DNA of 54,256 bases, taken from a virus (lineage: Duplodnaviria > Caudoviricetes). The notes under the pieces are model-generated. The model searched no databases and was not told where the DNA came from. It was given only the letters and a program-made list of their open reading frames with translations. A program made the translations under genes and the position numbers. This document shows, in pieces, positions 16,629 to 27,355 of the stretch (within the stretch, counting starts at the first letter, position 1; every line of letters begins with the position of its first letter). The stretch lies in IMG/VR virus record IMGVR_UViG_3300030328_001943, positions 1 to 54,256 of that record. One strand, given 5' to 3'.

Positions 16629-18749
16629 ATGTTTCAGCTTAATGTTGATGAACATGATTCATCACACGACTTAGCGCTTGCATATTTTGATAACGGTTAT
16701 AACGTAGTACCTCTTCAAAGGTCCGATAAAAAACCACCGTCTTTTTTTAAAGGTTGGGAACAATATAAAACTACGCGGCCTGAAAGAAGTGAAGTATCTA
16801 GCTGGTTTCAAAATAGAGACAATCTTTCAGTTGCTATAGTTTGTGGTTCATTTTTAGTTGTAGATGCTGACAGCCCAGAGTCAATGACTTGGGTTGAAGA
16901 AAACTTACCTATTACTCCTGTTAAAGTTTTAACAGGTAAAGGTATGCACTTTTATTACAATAATCCACAAAACTATACAACATTTGCCACTAGACGTACT
17001 GACGAGACACCTAGCGAGCGCTTAATAGATATTAGGGGCGTAGGTGGTCTTATTATTGCACCTTTCAATAGACACGCTAATGGACAGATCTATAAGTTAA
17101 AAACCATTCCTGAATGGGATGTTATGGACCATAACGATTTACCTGATTTTACAGAGGTAGAATGGAAAAAAGTAACAGGCGTTTCAAATACTATTTCAAA
17201 TAACTCTACAGCGCCATTTGCATTAGACGGCGTTAATGAAGGTAGCCGTAATGATAGTGCAGCAAGACTAGCAGGCTATCTTATATCTAAAAATGTTAAC
17301 CAAGATTTTATTAAGTTTTTTATGCACTCTTGGAATGATCAAAATAAACCCCCTTTACCTCAAAAAGAAGTTGAAAGTGTTGTAGATAATGTAAAGAAAA
17401 CTCATGATAGAAAAAATGCAGTTGCTCCATTATTTGTTAAAGAACAAGACAACATAAGCCGTCCTAAAAACTTATTTAATCCACCAGGATTACTTAAAGA
17501 TATGTTTGATTTCTGTGAGTCTTTAGCTCAGGTTCCACAACCAGAACTATCCGTTGTTGCAGCTTTGTCATTAGCTAGTGTTAGTTGTGGCAGATTATAT
17601 AGAACTGAAATGAATAATTATTCAAGTTTATATTTTATGTGTGTAGCTAAATCAGGCCAAGGTAAAGAAAACATAAAAACATTTGTTGAGACAGTTTTAA
17701 ACGAAAGCAAACATAAAGATCTTGTCGTAGGAGATGGCTATACATCTAGTGGTGCTGTTCATTCGGTTTTACAAGTAAGACCAACGCAGATCACCATTAT
17801 GGATGAGTTTGGTAAAAGATTAGAGTCGATTAGCCATCAATCAAACTCTAACAGAGAAGATGGCATACAAACTCTTATGGAAGCTTGGGGAAGATGTCAC
17901 GGTGTTTTAAGAGCAGACAACTATTCTTTAATGGGTGTGCCAGATGATGTAAAAGAAAAGATGATGAACAGACAAACTTTAAAACCAGCTATTACCCTGG
18001 TTGGCTTATCAGTTCCAAAGAACTTCTACAAAGCTTTACATAGTGGCCGTATAGCAGACGGTTTCTTAAATAGGTTTATGGTTATTGAATCAAAAGAACC
18101 CAGACGAGTAGCAGGCTTAAAGAAGTGGACAAAGCCACCAGTCACAATAGTCAATTGGATAAACATGATACGTTCATCTCGTTTTCAAACTGACGAATTG
18201 GGACAAAATAATTCTCAATTAAATCCTGCTCAAAATGTTTTAACTTTTGATAATCATGCTAAAGACATGTTGCAAGAGTTTGCAAAAGAAATAGTTCAAA
18301 GACAAGACATACTTGAAAAAGAAAATTTAGAACCGTTGCTTTCAAGATCTAGAGAAAAAGCTATGCGTCTATCTCTAATTTGTGCATTAGCGACAGATGT
18401 AAAAGCTAAGGTCATTAATGGAGATGCTATGCGGTGGGCAATAGACTACGTTAAATACTACGATCTTATGTTTATAGAAGCTTGTAGAGACAAGGTTGCT
18501 AGTTCTGCAACTGAATCAAGAATCAAACAAGTTTTATCATTTATTAGATCTAGAGGTGGCGAGGGTATATCTAAACGAGAAGTTGATCGACATGAATTAT
18601 TTAGAAGTATGAAGTCTTATGAAGTCAAAGAGATTATTGAAAGGCTTACTAATGCAAGAGAGATACAAGAGATTGATGTCAAAGTAGGTGGTAAAGGTAG
18701 ACCAACCAAAAGATATGTAGCAATAGATCCAACATTTTACGAGGAGTAA
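16629..18749 (+). CDS. Prim-Pol primase/polymerase with PriCT and DUF3987-like helicase domains
   Basis: VVDAD, TGKGMHFYY, DIRGVGG, EGSRND, AKSGQGKE and DEFG motifs. Confidence 0.9.
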   Translation: MFQLNVDEHDSSHDLALAYFDNGYNVVPLQRSDKKPPSFFKGWEQYKTTRPERSEVSSWFQNRDNLSVAIVCGSFLVVDADSPESMTWVEENLPITPVKVLTGKGMHFYYNNPQNYTTFATRRTDETPSERLIDIRGVGGLIIAPFNRHANGQIYKLKTIPEWDVMDHNDLPDFTEVEWKKVTGVSNTISNNSTAPFALDGVNEGSRNDSAARLAGYLISKNVNQDFIKFFMHSWNDQNKPPLPQKEVESVVDNVKKTHDRKNAVAPLFVKEQDNISRPKNLFNPPGLLKDMFDFCESLAQVPQPELSVVAALSLASVSCGRLYRTEMNNYSSLYFMCVAKSGQGKENIKTFVETVLNESKHKDLVVGDGYTSSGAVHSVLQVRPTQITIMDEFGKRLESISHQSNSNREDGIQTLMEAWGRCHGVLRADNYSLMGVPDDVKEKMMNRQTLKPAITLVGLSVPKNFYKALHSGRIADGFLNRFMVIESKEPRRVAGLKKWTKPPVTIVNWINMIRSSRFQTDELGQNNSQLNPAQNVLTFDNHAKDMLQEFAKEIVQRQDILEKENLEPLLSRSREKAMRLSLICALATDVKAKVINGDAMRWAIDYVKYYDLMFIEACRDKVASSATESRIKQVLSFIRSRGGEGISKREVDRHELFRSMKSYEVKEIIERLTNAREIQEIDVKVGGKGRPTKRYVAIDPTFYEE

Positions 18750-18751
18750 GT

Positions 18752-19216
18752 ATGAAAACACCATCATTTGAAACACATTTAGATCAAAAAAGAGAAGAAC
18801 GTATAGCTGGTTTTTTAGAGTCAGAATGGGATGTTTCCTGTCATAAATTACCAATTAGCTATGGCTTAGATTATTGGATTGAATCAAAAGAAAAATGTTA
18901 TTGGTGTGAGGTTAAGTGTAGATCTATACCATATGATAAATACGATACTTTAATATTAAGTGCAAATAAACTTACTAAAGGATCTATGCACTCTATGGCT
19001 ACTGGTTATCCTTTTATTATAGTATTTGGTATGACTGATGGTGTTTACATGCACACTTGGAGATCTGAACAGCGCTATGAGATTATGATGAACATCAGCC
19101 AAAATCCAACATATGCCGAAGATAATGAACCTTATGTGCATATACCTAAGGGCCAAATAGAAATATTGAGAGAAAGTCCACTTGGCTATTTAAGTTCAGA
19201 TATTGGTTATTCATGA
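18752..19216 (+). CDS. PD-(D/E)XK endonuclease-like protein
   Basis: YGLDY...EVKCR motif. Confidence 0.7.
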   Translation: MKTPSFETHLDQKREERIAGFLESEWDVSCHKLPISYGLDYWIESKEKCYWCEVKCRSIPYDKYDTLILSANKLTKGSMHSMATGYPFIIVFGMTDGVYMHTWRSEQRYEIMMNISQNPTYAEDNEPYVHIPKGQIEILRESPLGYLSSDIGYS

Positions 19217-19386
19217 AAAAAAATACCAAGTCTACTAAACTTACGGATGCTCAAACTGCGTGGCTTCAAAGACAGCAATTGTTTGAATCACACCCTATCT
19301 ACAAAAGTAATTTAGTTAGACAGATATGCGTTTTGTTTGATGGCGTTGTTGAAGAAGTAGATGGTAAAAAAATATCTAAACTATAG
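19213..19386 (+). CDS. Small hypothetical protein (57 aa)
   Basis: ATGA overlap with the upstream stop; below the track cutoff. Confidence 0.5.
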   Translation: MKKNTKSTKLTDAQTAWLQRQQLFESHPIYKSNLVRQICVLFDGVVEEVDGKKISKL

Positions 19387-22300
19387 GTCTGCCAGCTATT
19401 TGCTCGGCAAAATCAATCCTATCAGCATCTAGTCCTCTATTAATATCTATAGATCCAATCTCTGGAAACTGTATCGGTGTAGTTTGTGTAATTTGTCTCT
19501 GACGTGATATTTGATCATCAAAGTCTGCTGCTTGATCAATTGTAGTATCTATGACTTCAGATGCTTGGTCAGAAATCTGATCAATAATGCCTGTTTGTTG
19601 AATATCTTCTGATAGAGCATCAAATTCTTCTTGTGTAAGTTTTGAGAAGTCGTTGAAACCTCTACCTACTAATCTTATACCTTCTTGTCTTGCAGCTTGT
19701 TCAAAAGCTTCTACGACTCTTATTACTGAACCTTTATCTGTTTTAGTCATTAACTTTAAAAATCCAGGCCTAGAGAATAAATTTCTAAACAAAGCAAGAC
19801 TTGCAATAGTAGGCAACATGCTAATGTTGAATGCGTTTACAGCAATACCAGCAGCAATAAGTGTTCCTGCTGCACCACCTCTGCCTACTTCTCCAGGTGT
19901 TAAATCATCTATAGTATCAGCCAAATCTCTCAAACCTCGTCTAGTTTCTCTGCCGAACATAGCATCAAGAGTCTCATCACCATAACTATCCAAACTATTT
20001 TTTAGATTATTTGCTTTGAAAATATCTGTTATGTTTCCTTTGCCATTTAGATCTATAGAATTTTTAATTAATTTATTCATGCTGGCTCTTTGAATTTGTC
20101 CAAAGACTTCTGGTGAAACCGTATCTTTTAAAATCTGTATGTTATTGCCTGCGTTTGGTCTAAATATTTTTTTAGTGGCCTCGTCCACTCCAATTCTAGG
20201 CAACTCTGAGATAGCTGCATTCGCTTCAAAGTCAGCTAATTTTTGTGAATCTTCTGCTAGATCTCTTAATTTATCAACAAATTTTTTACCTGCATTTGGT
20301 TTATACAAACCTCTTTCAGTAGCCGTTATATCATCTGCTAACTTTAAAATATCTTTTGGCTTAAGATTAGGTCTGATTCTGCTTATTTGTTCTATGGTAT
20401 CTGTTATTTGTTGTGCTTGACCATCAAATAACATATCTAATTTTTTTGGATATTGTCCTTGAAATCTTCTAATGTATCTTGCAAAGTCATTAAAATTAAT
20501 TGGATCTAAACCAAAAGATGTGGAATCTTCCAAAGCATCTCTAAACAATCTTCTTTGTAACATAGTTTTTATTTCAAGTTCTTTTGTAGATTTAATTCCA
20601 ACATCTGCTTGATAGCCGTCAAACTCTTTGATAGCTCTAAAAAACATGCCTAAATCTTTATCAGAACCTTTTTTGACTAAAGTTTGAAAAACATCATAAT
20701 CATCAAAAGCACCAGTATTTTCAGCATTTGCTATGGCTCTTTTTATTTTTATATTATCAAAAGCTTCACGTCTGGTTCTATATGTTAAATTAGCGTCTTG
20801 TAATTCTTTGACTACCCCAACTAACTCCTTTTGTTGGTCTTTTGTCATTTTGGGTTCCAGTCTTTCTAAACCTTCAGCATCAAACTTTCTCATAAATATT
20901 TTAGGATCCTGAAAATCATCTAATGTGTTTTCAAATTCTTTCAAAACTTTGCCTAAAAAATTAGAGTCTTGACCCTTGATAATTTCCTGAGCCTCTACTT
21001 TTTTTAATTTACTAATAATGTTTCGCATCTGTGTCAGATTTAAAAGTTCATCTGCTGCGCCACTTGAACTAGATATTTCGTCTAAATATTCAACTAATTG
21101 TTCTACAGCTTTTGCAACACCTGTAACATCTTCTGTTCTTGCTACATTAAAGTTGAACGCTGGATTATTGATTTTGTATTCTTCTGTCATTTTCTTGATC
21201 TTTGGCAATAACCTATGTTTGATGTTGTCAGAAAAGACTCTTTGAGCATTTATTGGTAAAGCAGCAAAAGCGTTATCTAATGCGTTATATCTTTCAAATG
21301 CCTGTTTTAAAACCAAATCATCTGCTTGAGTTAGTGCATCTTTCATAATTCCACCAATCTCATCTTGTGTATAAGCAACATTATAAAGATCGAAATTATT
21401 TGTTTCTTCAACTATATCGTTGAAAAAAGATTCTAATTGTTTTGTAGTGTCAGCCTCTGCTTGTTGTAATTTTCTTAAACGAGCAGTCACTTGTTCATCT
21501 AAAGATCCTTTTGTTGATTCATCTATGTATTTAATCAAAGAAGCTTTTTCGGTATTAATATTTTTAAGAGTCGTATCTAATTCATTAAAGATAAAATCTT
21601 TTAGATCTTCGCCTCTTTTGCCTGGACCAAATATTTGTTCTCCTACGGCCTGCGTTCTACCTACTAACTTTCTACCTAAGGTTTGTTGTGCAACAGCTGC
21701 ACCTGCTTTATAAAGACTTACTTTGCCGTCTTTTATAGCTTTTTGTATTTCTTTCTCAGTTGCTTCTCTGCGTAAGCTTCTATCCAATTTTTTGACATCA
21801 CCTATAGATATTTTTCTAGCAGCTAAGTTATATAATCTCAACTTATCGGTTGCTACATTTTTGCCAAGTAGTAATTTATACCCAGTACCAATTAATTCGC
21901 CAATTGTTTGTCCACCAAAACCTAAAACAAATTCACTACCAAGATTCATAGCTTGTTCATTCCTGTCTTTAAGGTTAAAGCCTTCTTGGGCATCAAGTAC
22001 TTCCTCTGCTGCCTCACCAGCTACAGATCCTAAACCAGCACGAAAAGCTCTTTCTAGCCTAGGTCTACCTACCAGTAAATTGAAGATACCTTTAAATACT
22101 TGTCTTTGTGGAGATAAAGCCGCTATGGCACCTAACACAGGACCTACGGTTCCAGATAGATCTGCTAGATCTCCCCCTTTAAGATTTAAAGTTCTTTCAT
22201 CAATAATAGTGTTGATAGGTTCTTCTGAGCCATCACTTAACGTAACGGTTTTGTAATCTAGACCTAATTGTTTCATGCCCATAGGTGTAACTGCTAACTG

Positions 22301-22582
22301 GCCTTTACTGTTTCTTGTAAAACCATCAGAGCCTAACAAATTAGTCATCAAAGCGTCTTGTTCTGCAAACATTTTAGGTCCTATTTCTATACGGCCTAGT
22401 TTAGATCTCAAACCTTTTATATTGGGGACACCAGTTTCATAATCAAAAAAAACATTATCTAACGACTCACTACCTTGATTGAAAGCAATATCTGCTTTTA
22501 CTAATTTAATAGCCTCATCAATATTATTAGCTTCTTTAGTAACATAATTACCTGGGCTAATTTGTATAGTAAATTCTTGCAT
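19376..22582 (-). CDS. Large putative ejection/internal virion protein (1068 aa)
   Basis: Helical, with Gly/Ala-rich hydrophobic segments near both ends; last gene of the tail module. Confidence 0.65.
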   Translation of the reverse strand: MQEFTIQISPGNYVTKEANNIDEAIKLVKADIAFNQGSESLDNVFFDYETGVPNIKGLRSKLGRIEIGPKMFAEQDALMTNLLGSDGFTRNSKGQLAVTPMGMKQLGLDYKTVTLSDGSEEPINTIIDERTLNLKGGDLADLSGTVGPVLGAIAALSPQRQVFKGIFNLLVGRPRLERAFRAGLGSVAGEAAEEVLDAQEGFNLKDRNEQAMNLGSEFVLGFGGQTIGELIGTGYKLLLGKNVATDKLRLYNLAARKISIGDVKKLDRSLRREATEKEIQKAIKDGKVSLYKAGAAVAQQTLGRKLVGRTQAVGEQIFGPGKRGEDLKDFIFNELDTTLKNINTEKASLIKYIDESTKGSLDEQVTARLRKLQQAEADTTKQLESFFNDIVEETNNFDLYNVAYTQDEIGGIMKDALTQADDLVLKQAFERYNALDNAFAALPINAQRVFSDNIKHRLLPKIKKMTEEYKINNPAFNFNVARTEDVTGVAKAVEQLVEYLDEISSSSGAADELLNLTQMRNIISKLKKVEAQEIIKGQDSNFLGKVLKEFENTLDDFQDPKIFMRKFDAEGLERLEPKMTKDQQKELVGVVKELQDANLTYRTRREAFDNIKIKRAIANAENTGAFDDYDVFQTLVKKGSDKDLGMFFRAIKEFDGYQADVGIKSTKELEIKTMLQRRLFRDALEDSTSFGLDPINFNDFARYIRRFQGQYPKKLDMLFDGQAQQITDTIEQISRIRPNLKPKDILKLADDITATERGLYKPNAGKKFVDKLRDLAEDSQKLADFEANAAISELPRIGVDEATKKIFRPNAGNNIQILKDTVSPEVFGQIQRASMNKLIKNSIDLNGKGNITDIFKANNLKNSLDSYGDETLDAMFGRETRRGLRDLADTIDDLTPGEVGRGGAAGTLIAAGIAVNAFNISMLPTIASLALFRNLFSRPGFLKLMTKTDKGSVIRVVEAFEQAARQEGIRLVGRGFNDFSKLTQEEFDALSEDIQQTGIIDQISDQASEVIDTTIDQAADFDDQISRQRQITQTTPIQFPEIGSIDINRGLDADRIDFAEQIAGRPIV

Positions 22583-24702
22583 TAGTTGATTTGTTGGCCA
22601 CTTAAGTTAAACACAGGATTATTGATTGATTGTGCAGTTTGATTAAATTGCAAAAGTGGATTAGAAGGATCTGCCGCTAAAACTCTTTCTAACAAAGTCA
22701 TATTTTCAACGCCAAGAGCTCCTCTGCCTCTAAGCAACGGATCATTTAAAGTTCTATTTATAGATGATATAGTTCTTTTTCTGGTCCGTTGATTTGTTAT
22801 TAAACTATCTCTACTTGCTCTAAGTTTTTCTAATTGTTTTTGTGGCGCCGTTGTAAAATCCAATCCACCAAATATTCTATCAAGAATATCTCTGTCAACA
22901 TTTGATATAGTTTTACCAGACTCATTTAAAATATCTTTAATATTTCTTTGTTTGACTATTTCTATAAAGTTATCTATTTTTGTTGCATCAGACAATTCAG
23001 CTATTGGTATATTAAAAAAAGTTGCTGCTTCATCTTTAAATCTGTTAAATCTTCCCATTAATCCAGTTACTTTTGTACCATTCTTAACTGCATTATCAAA
23101 GAGTTCGATAGCTTGATTCATGAAGCTAATTGCTTGCTCACCACCTTCGTAATAACCTATTTCTTCATTTATTTGGGACTTTGCGTCATTAACTTTAAAC
23201 AAATCAGTAACTCCAAAATCTCCAGAAGATGCTTTTTCTTTAGCAATAATTTTTTTCAATTCTTTAGTTAAGTCTCTTTCTTCTTGTCTAATTTTTTCTG
23301 ATCTAGCTGCTTCAGTAGCTGCAAATGTTGCAGCAGCTCCAGATAAAGCATCAGTTAAATTATTGGCTTTTGATTGTGTTCCTAATGAAGAAAAGAATCT
23401 AGCTAAACCTCTACCATAATCTTTAGTTTCCAATTCTTTTGTTAGCTTATCGGATGACGGAGAAGGACCAGGAGCTGGTGTAATAACTTTTTCTTTGCCG
23501 TCTGCTCCAATAATACCAGCTAATTTTTGTGGATCTTTTGTACCTGCATCTTTTCCTTGAGTGCCAAAGTCTATAAGATCATCTGCTAATTTATTATCAT
23601 CAATATCTTCTTGTGTTACTTTTGTAGGATCTGTAGGCTTATCAACACCAAAATCTATTTTATCAGGATCTATTGGTTCTTCTGGTGGTGTTAAATTTTT
23701 GGCTACGACTACTGTTTCATCAGCTTCAGGTTCGTATTTAGTTGTTATGTCTTTTATTCCCTCTGTAATTTCATCTCTATCAGCTTTACCAACTAATTTT
23801 ATGCCTGGTATGTTTTGAACTTGAAACTCAGCTAAATCTTGCACGTTAAAGTCTTTACCTAAATCAATACCTCTAAAAACAGGATTTTCTTTAAATTCTT
23901 GTACTGCTCTCCCACCTTGAAAACTTTTTCCAAATTCAACTAATTTTCTTATAGCACCTTTACCTAAATCAAATGCACCATAAGCTGCAGTTTGTGCAAA
24001 TGATCCAAAATCTTCAGGTGTTTCTAAAAAACCCTCTTTTCCATATCCAAGTCTTTGCCTAAATTCATCATCTGGTACATCTAATTTACCAAATGGCTCA
24101 TCACCTTTTGCCCAATTTACAAGCACATTATCTATATCTCTAGACATAGTAGTACTAGGATCACTTGAATAAGCCAAATTCAATATTGGATAAATCTGCA
24201 TACCGTCAAGTATGCCTTTGTCTAAAAGTTCTTTGAAATTAGACGGGAGCTCGTAGATATTGCCTTTTACCATAATTCTATTTGAGCCAATATCTGCTTT
24301 GGTTGTTGGTGGTGTAAAGCTAGTGTCTTTACTTACAGGTATGATTGAATCTAGTGGGCCAGCTGGTGATTTAGACATACTTGCAATATCACCACTAAAA
24401 TCAGCCACCTCTGTTGTTGGAGCAACATTTTGACCACCTAATTCCTGTATACGATACAAAGGCACATCCAAACCTTGTTGAGCTAATTCAGATTGTATTT
24501 GACTTGCAGGCAATCCTCTATCAACTTTGCTTTGTATAAGTGGATCATAAATAGGATTACTAATTCTATCTCTAAATATTTGATCAACAGTCATGCCGCT
24601 GTTTAACATTTCTGCTTGTGCAATTGTTTCTGGGTTGGTTAAACCTGTTGGCAAACCACGCCTTTGACGTTCTCTGTTGATTGTTACAATTGCTAGTTCC
24701 AT
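22582..24702 (-). CDS. Putative ejection/internal virion protein (706 aa)
   Basis: Position and composition; GKTISNVDR segment. Confidence 0.6.
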   Translation of the reverse strand: MELAIVTINRERQRRGLPTGLTNPETIAQAEMLNSGMTVDQIFRDRISNPIYDPLIQSKVDRGLPASQIQSELAQQGLDVPLYRIQELGGQNVAPTTEVADFSGDIASMSKSPAGPLDSIIPVSKDTSFTPPTTKADIGSNRIMVKGNIYELPSNFKELLDKGILDGMQIYPILNLAYSSDPSTTMSRDIDNVLVNWAKGDEPFGKLDVPDDEFRQRLGYGKEGFLETPEDFGSFAQTAAYGAFDLGKGAIRKLVEFGKSFQGGRAVQEFKENPVFRGIDLGKDFNVQDLAEFQVQNIPGIKLVGKADRDEITEGIKDITTKYEPEADETVVVAKNLTPPEEPIDPDKIDFGVDKPTDPTKVTQEDIDDNKLADDLIDFGTQGKDAGTKDPQKLAGIIGADGKEKVITPAPGPSPSSDKLTKELETKDYGRGLARFFSSLGTQSKANNLTDALSGAAATFAATEAARSEKIRQEERDLTKELKKIIAKEKASSGDFGVTDLFKVNDAKSQINEEIGYYEGGEQAISFMNQAIELFDNAVKNGTKVTGLMGRFNRFKDEAATFFNIPIAELSDATKIDNFIEIVKQRNIKDILNESGKTISNVDRDILDRIFGGLDFTTAPQKQLEKLRASRDSLITNQRTRKRTISSINRTLNDPLLRGRGALGVENMTLLERVLAADPSNPLLQFNQTAQSINNPVFNLSGQQIN

Positions 24703-25926
24703 TTAAGCGCCATATATGTTGGAGTATAAACCGCCATATAGACCTGCGGCACCTTGTAATCCAGCTGTAAGTGGATCTCTTGGTACTCCATATTGGCTTG
24801 AAATGGTAGCTGCAGATGAACGATATTGAGGTAGTAAGCCAGCAATACCTGATAAAGTTTGTAAAGGCCTTTGTTGTTGTCCCATTTGTTGTGCAAACTG
24901 TCTTTGGAATTGTGTTTCTTGAATACCTCTTGGTATCTGACCCAAACTTCTTAATTGATTTTGTTGGCTCTGAGCTAATTGCTGTTGGAAACCGCCAAGC
25001 TGTCCTAATTGTCCACCATACCCAGCTAACTGCGTACCTAAACCTGCAGCAGTTGATCCGCGTTGAGCACCTAAACCTAGCAAATCACCAGCAAACCCTC
25101 GTTGTGCTGATGCTTCAGTTCCACCAAGTCCAGCAATAGAACTGGCCAACTGTCTTTGTGCGTCTAGTTGCCTACCAAATTCACCCATACCTAATTGTTG
25201 GGCTCTTTCAAAGCCTCTACTTCTAATTCCTGATATTGCTTCTCCTAAACCTCTACCTAAGGCTCTTTGTCTTTCTGCTGCGCCAAGCCTTGCTCTAGAA
25301 CCAAAAGCAGATTCTCCACCTCTAGCTATATCTCCTGCTCTTTGTCTAATATCTTGTTGTGCTGAGGTTCTTAAAGCATCATCAATTGTTCTATCAATAA
25401 CTTGTTGCTCAAAAGGATTCATGAATTGTTGTGTGAACCTAGGGTCATAAGATAATCCAGATATATTTCTAAGTATGTCTCTGGATTCTCCTAAGGCTCC
25501 CTGAAGTCCTGTTAGGCCTGTGCCTAATATTTGTTCGGCTCTACCAAAATAAGGCTCCTGTAGACTCTCAGCTCGTCTAGATTGCTCTATTGCTTGGTTT
25601 ATTAAAGCTTGGTTTTGAGATAGAAATGGTGTAAATGATCCTATGCCTGCGCGAGCTTGATCTAATGCTGCTTGTTCTAAATCACTTATTTGTGCAGTTT
25701 GTTGTAAGGGTACATCTTGACTAATTAAATTGCCTGCAGCATCTCTGATTTGTTGTAAAAAACCTGGAGAGTCAGCGGTACCAAAATACAGTTGCGTTAA
25801 TCTAGGATCTCCTAATTGTTCATTAGCGGCTTGACCTTGCAATACTGGCGCAATAGGGGCAGCTCTAGTGTAATCACCACTAAAAGATTTTTTTAATCTA
25901 TCGTAAATATTAACCATAGTTTTCAA
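24703..25926 (-). CDS. Gln/Gly/Ala-rich putative DNA-transfer (ejection) protein
   Basis: FMNPF..QVID and AFGSRA motifs; Gln/Gly/Ala-rich helices. Confidence 0.65.
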   Translation of the reverse strand: MKTMVNIYDRLKKSFSGDYTRAAPIAPVLQGQAANEQLGDPRLTQLYFGTADSPGFLQQIRDAAGNLISQDVPLQQTAQISDLEQAALDQARAGIGSFTPFLSQNQALINQAIEQSRRAESLQEPYFGRAEQILGTGLTGLQGALGESRDILRNISGLSYDPRFTQQFMNPFEQQVIDRTIDDALRTSAQQDIRQRAGDIARGGESAFGSRARLGAAERQRALGRGLGEAISGIRSRGFERAQQLGMGEFGRQLDAQRQLASSIAGLGGTEASAQRGFAGDLLGLGAQRGSTAAGLGTQLAGYGGQLGQLGGFQQQLAQSQQNQLRSLGQIPRGIQETQFQRQFAQQMGQQQRPLQTLSGIAGLLPQYRSSAATISSQYGVPRDPLTAGLQGAAGLYGGLYSNIYGA

Positions 25927-27340
25927 ATGTTTTCATTAATTTCATCATGTTATCTGCACCTTTTTCTCTACTTGGTTTGCCAGATACATTCATACTTAAT
26001 TTATCTTTACCAGTCTTAACTGTAAAAGCTCCAATACCTCTAACTGCTTTAGCAGTCATAACAAATTCACCATCACTCAGCATAGCAGGTATATCATCAC
26101 TTGTACCTGTGCCAGGACCTTCAGATTCTCCACCTTGCCTCATATCTAAAACTTTTTCTGCTTGGCCGCCATCTGCAAATCTTCTGACACCAACATCAAA
26201 ACCCATATTGCCACCAAAAGTTTGTGGCTGAGCTAAATCTGGTCTTATGCTTTGTCTTACATCTTGCATACCACCTGATGCTCTTTCTGCAGCCTCTTTA
26301 TTTAATTTGCCATAGCCTATAGCTAATGCTGCTATTGCAGGATCTATTATTGGGCCACGACCATCATCTGGTGTTTGAAAGGGTGACTTTAAGACATCTT
26401 CTATACCTCTAATAAATCCTGGCGTTCTTCTGCCAAAAAAACTGCCCTCTTGCACATTAGGTCCATAAACATCTTCTAGTCCACTTCTTCCACCTAATCC
26501 AATGGCATCTCCTATACCTTTAATAAATCCTGGGGTTTTGCCGCCAAAAAAAGAACCCTGCGATTGACCCATAAGTGCAGCATATTGACTTTTAACTTGA
26601 TCTGCTGGGTACATTTGCCCATCTTTACCTAAAATAAAACCCCTGCCGTTTATTTCTCTATAAGAATTTGGTTGAAATTGATTTAAAAAATCATTAGCAC
26701 TGTCGCCTCCAGATGTTCTTATAAATCCTCCTGTTGGCATCATATTTGGCATCTGTTGGCCTGCAGGCATCCCACCTCGCATTACTTGACTCATTATGCC
26801 TTTAGGCGAAAACATACTTCCTATTCCAGAAGTAATGGCGTCTTTTCCAAATGTTAAAGCACTACCTAATCCACCACCAGACCCTGCAGTTATAGCAGTT
26901 CCTACGTTACCCATACCAGGTATGCTGCCTACAAAACTACCAATACCGCTTGCAACATTACCTAAACCAACTTTACCTAATAATGATCCACCTACAGCGC
27001 CTAATGCTTGCCCTACACCTGGTATTAATACAGCAGCAGGTAATGCTACTTTTGCCACTTTTTTAACGGCATTTTTAACTTTTTTAAATACTTTGGATAA
27101 AAATCCAAATTCTGGTAATCCTGTATTTGGATTTATAATTGCTAGGCTGTTGCCTACTTCATATTCTTGAGGATTTAAACCAACATTTTTCATGTCGGTT
27201 TCGACCATCTGCCTTGTTTCTGGTCTAATGACTGGCGGTACAACCATTTCACCTTTAGCTACATGAACTAGCTGATTATCTTCGTTCCTGCCTAAGGCTG
27301 CTATACCTGTTAATTTTTTCTTCTCTGATGCACTAAGCAT
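25910..27340 (-). CDS. Putative ejection/pilot protein with an amphipathic helix
   Basis: GRNED..VHV..GE.V, INPNTGLPEF, and the tape-measure-like GPGTGTSDDIPAMLSDGEFV motif. Confidence 0.65.
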   Translation of the reverse strand: MLSASEKKKLTGIAALGRNEDNQLVHVAKGEMVVPPVIRPETRQMVETDMKNVGLNPQEYEVGNSLAIINPNTGLPEFGFLSKVFKKVKNAVKKVAKVALPAAVLIPGVGQALGAVGGSLLGKVGLGNVASGIGSFVGSIPGMGNVGTAITAGSGGGLGSALTFGKDAITSGIGSMFSPKGIMSQVMRGGMPAGQQMPNMMPTGGFIRTSGGDSANDFLNQFQPNSYREINGRGFILGKDGQMYPADQVKSQYAALMGQSQGSFFGGKTPGFIKGIGDAIGLGGRSGLEDVYGPNVQEGSFFGRRTPGFIRGIEDVLKSPFQTPDDGRGPIIDPAIAALAIGYGKLNKEAAERASGGMQDVRQSIRPDLAQPQTFGGNMGFDVGVRRFADGGQAEKVLDMRQGGESEGPGTGTSDDIPAMLSDGEFVMTAKAVRGIGAFTVKTGKDKLSMNVSGKPSREKGADNMMKLMKTFENYG

Positions 27341-27355
27341 TTATAACCTCATGTT

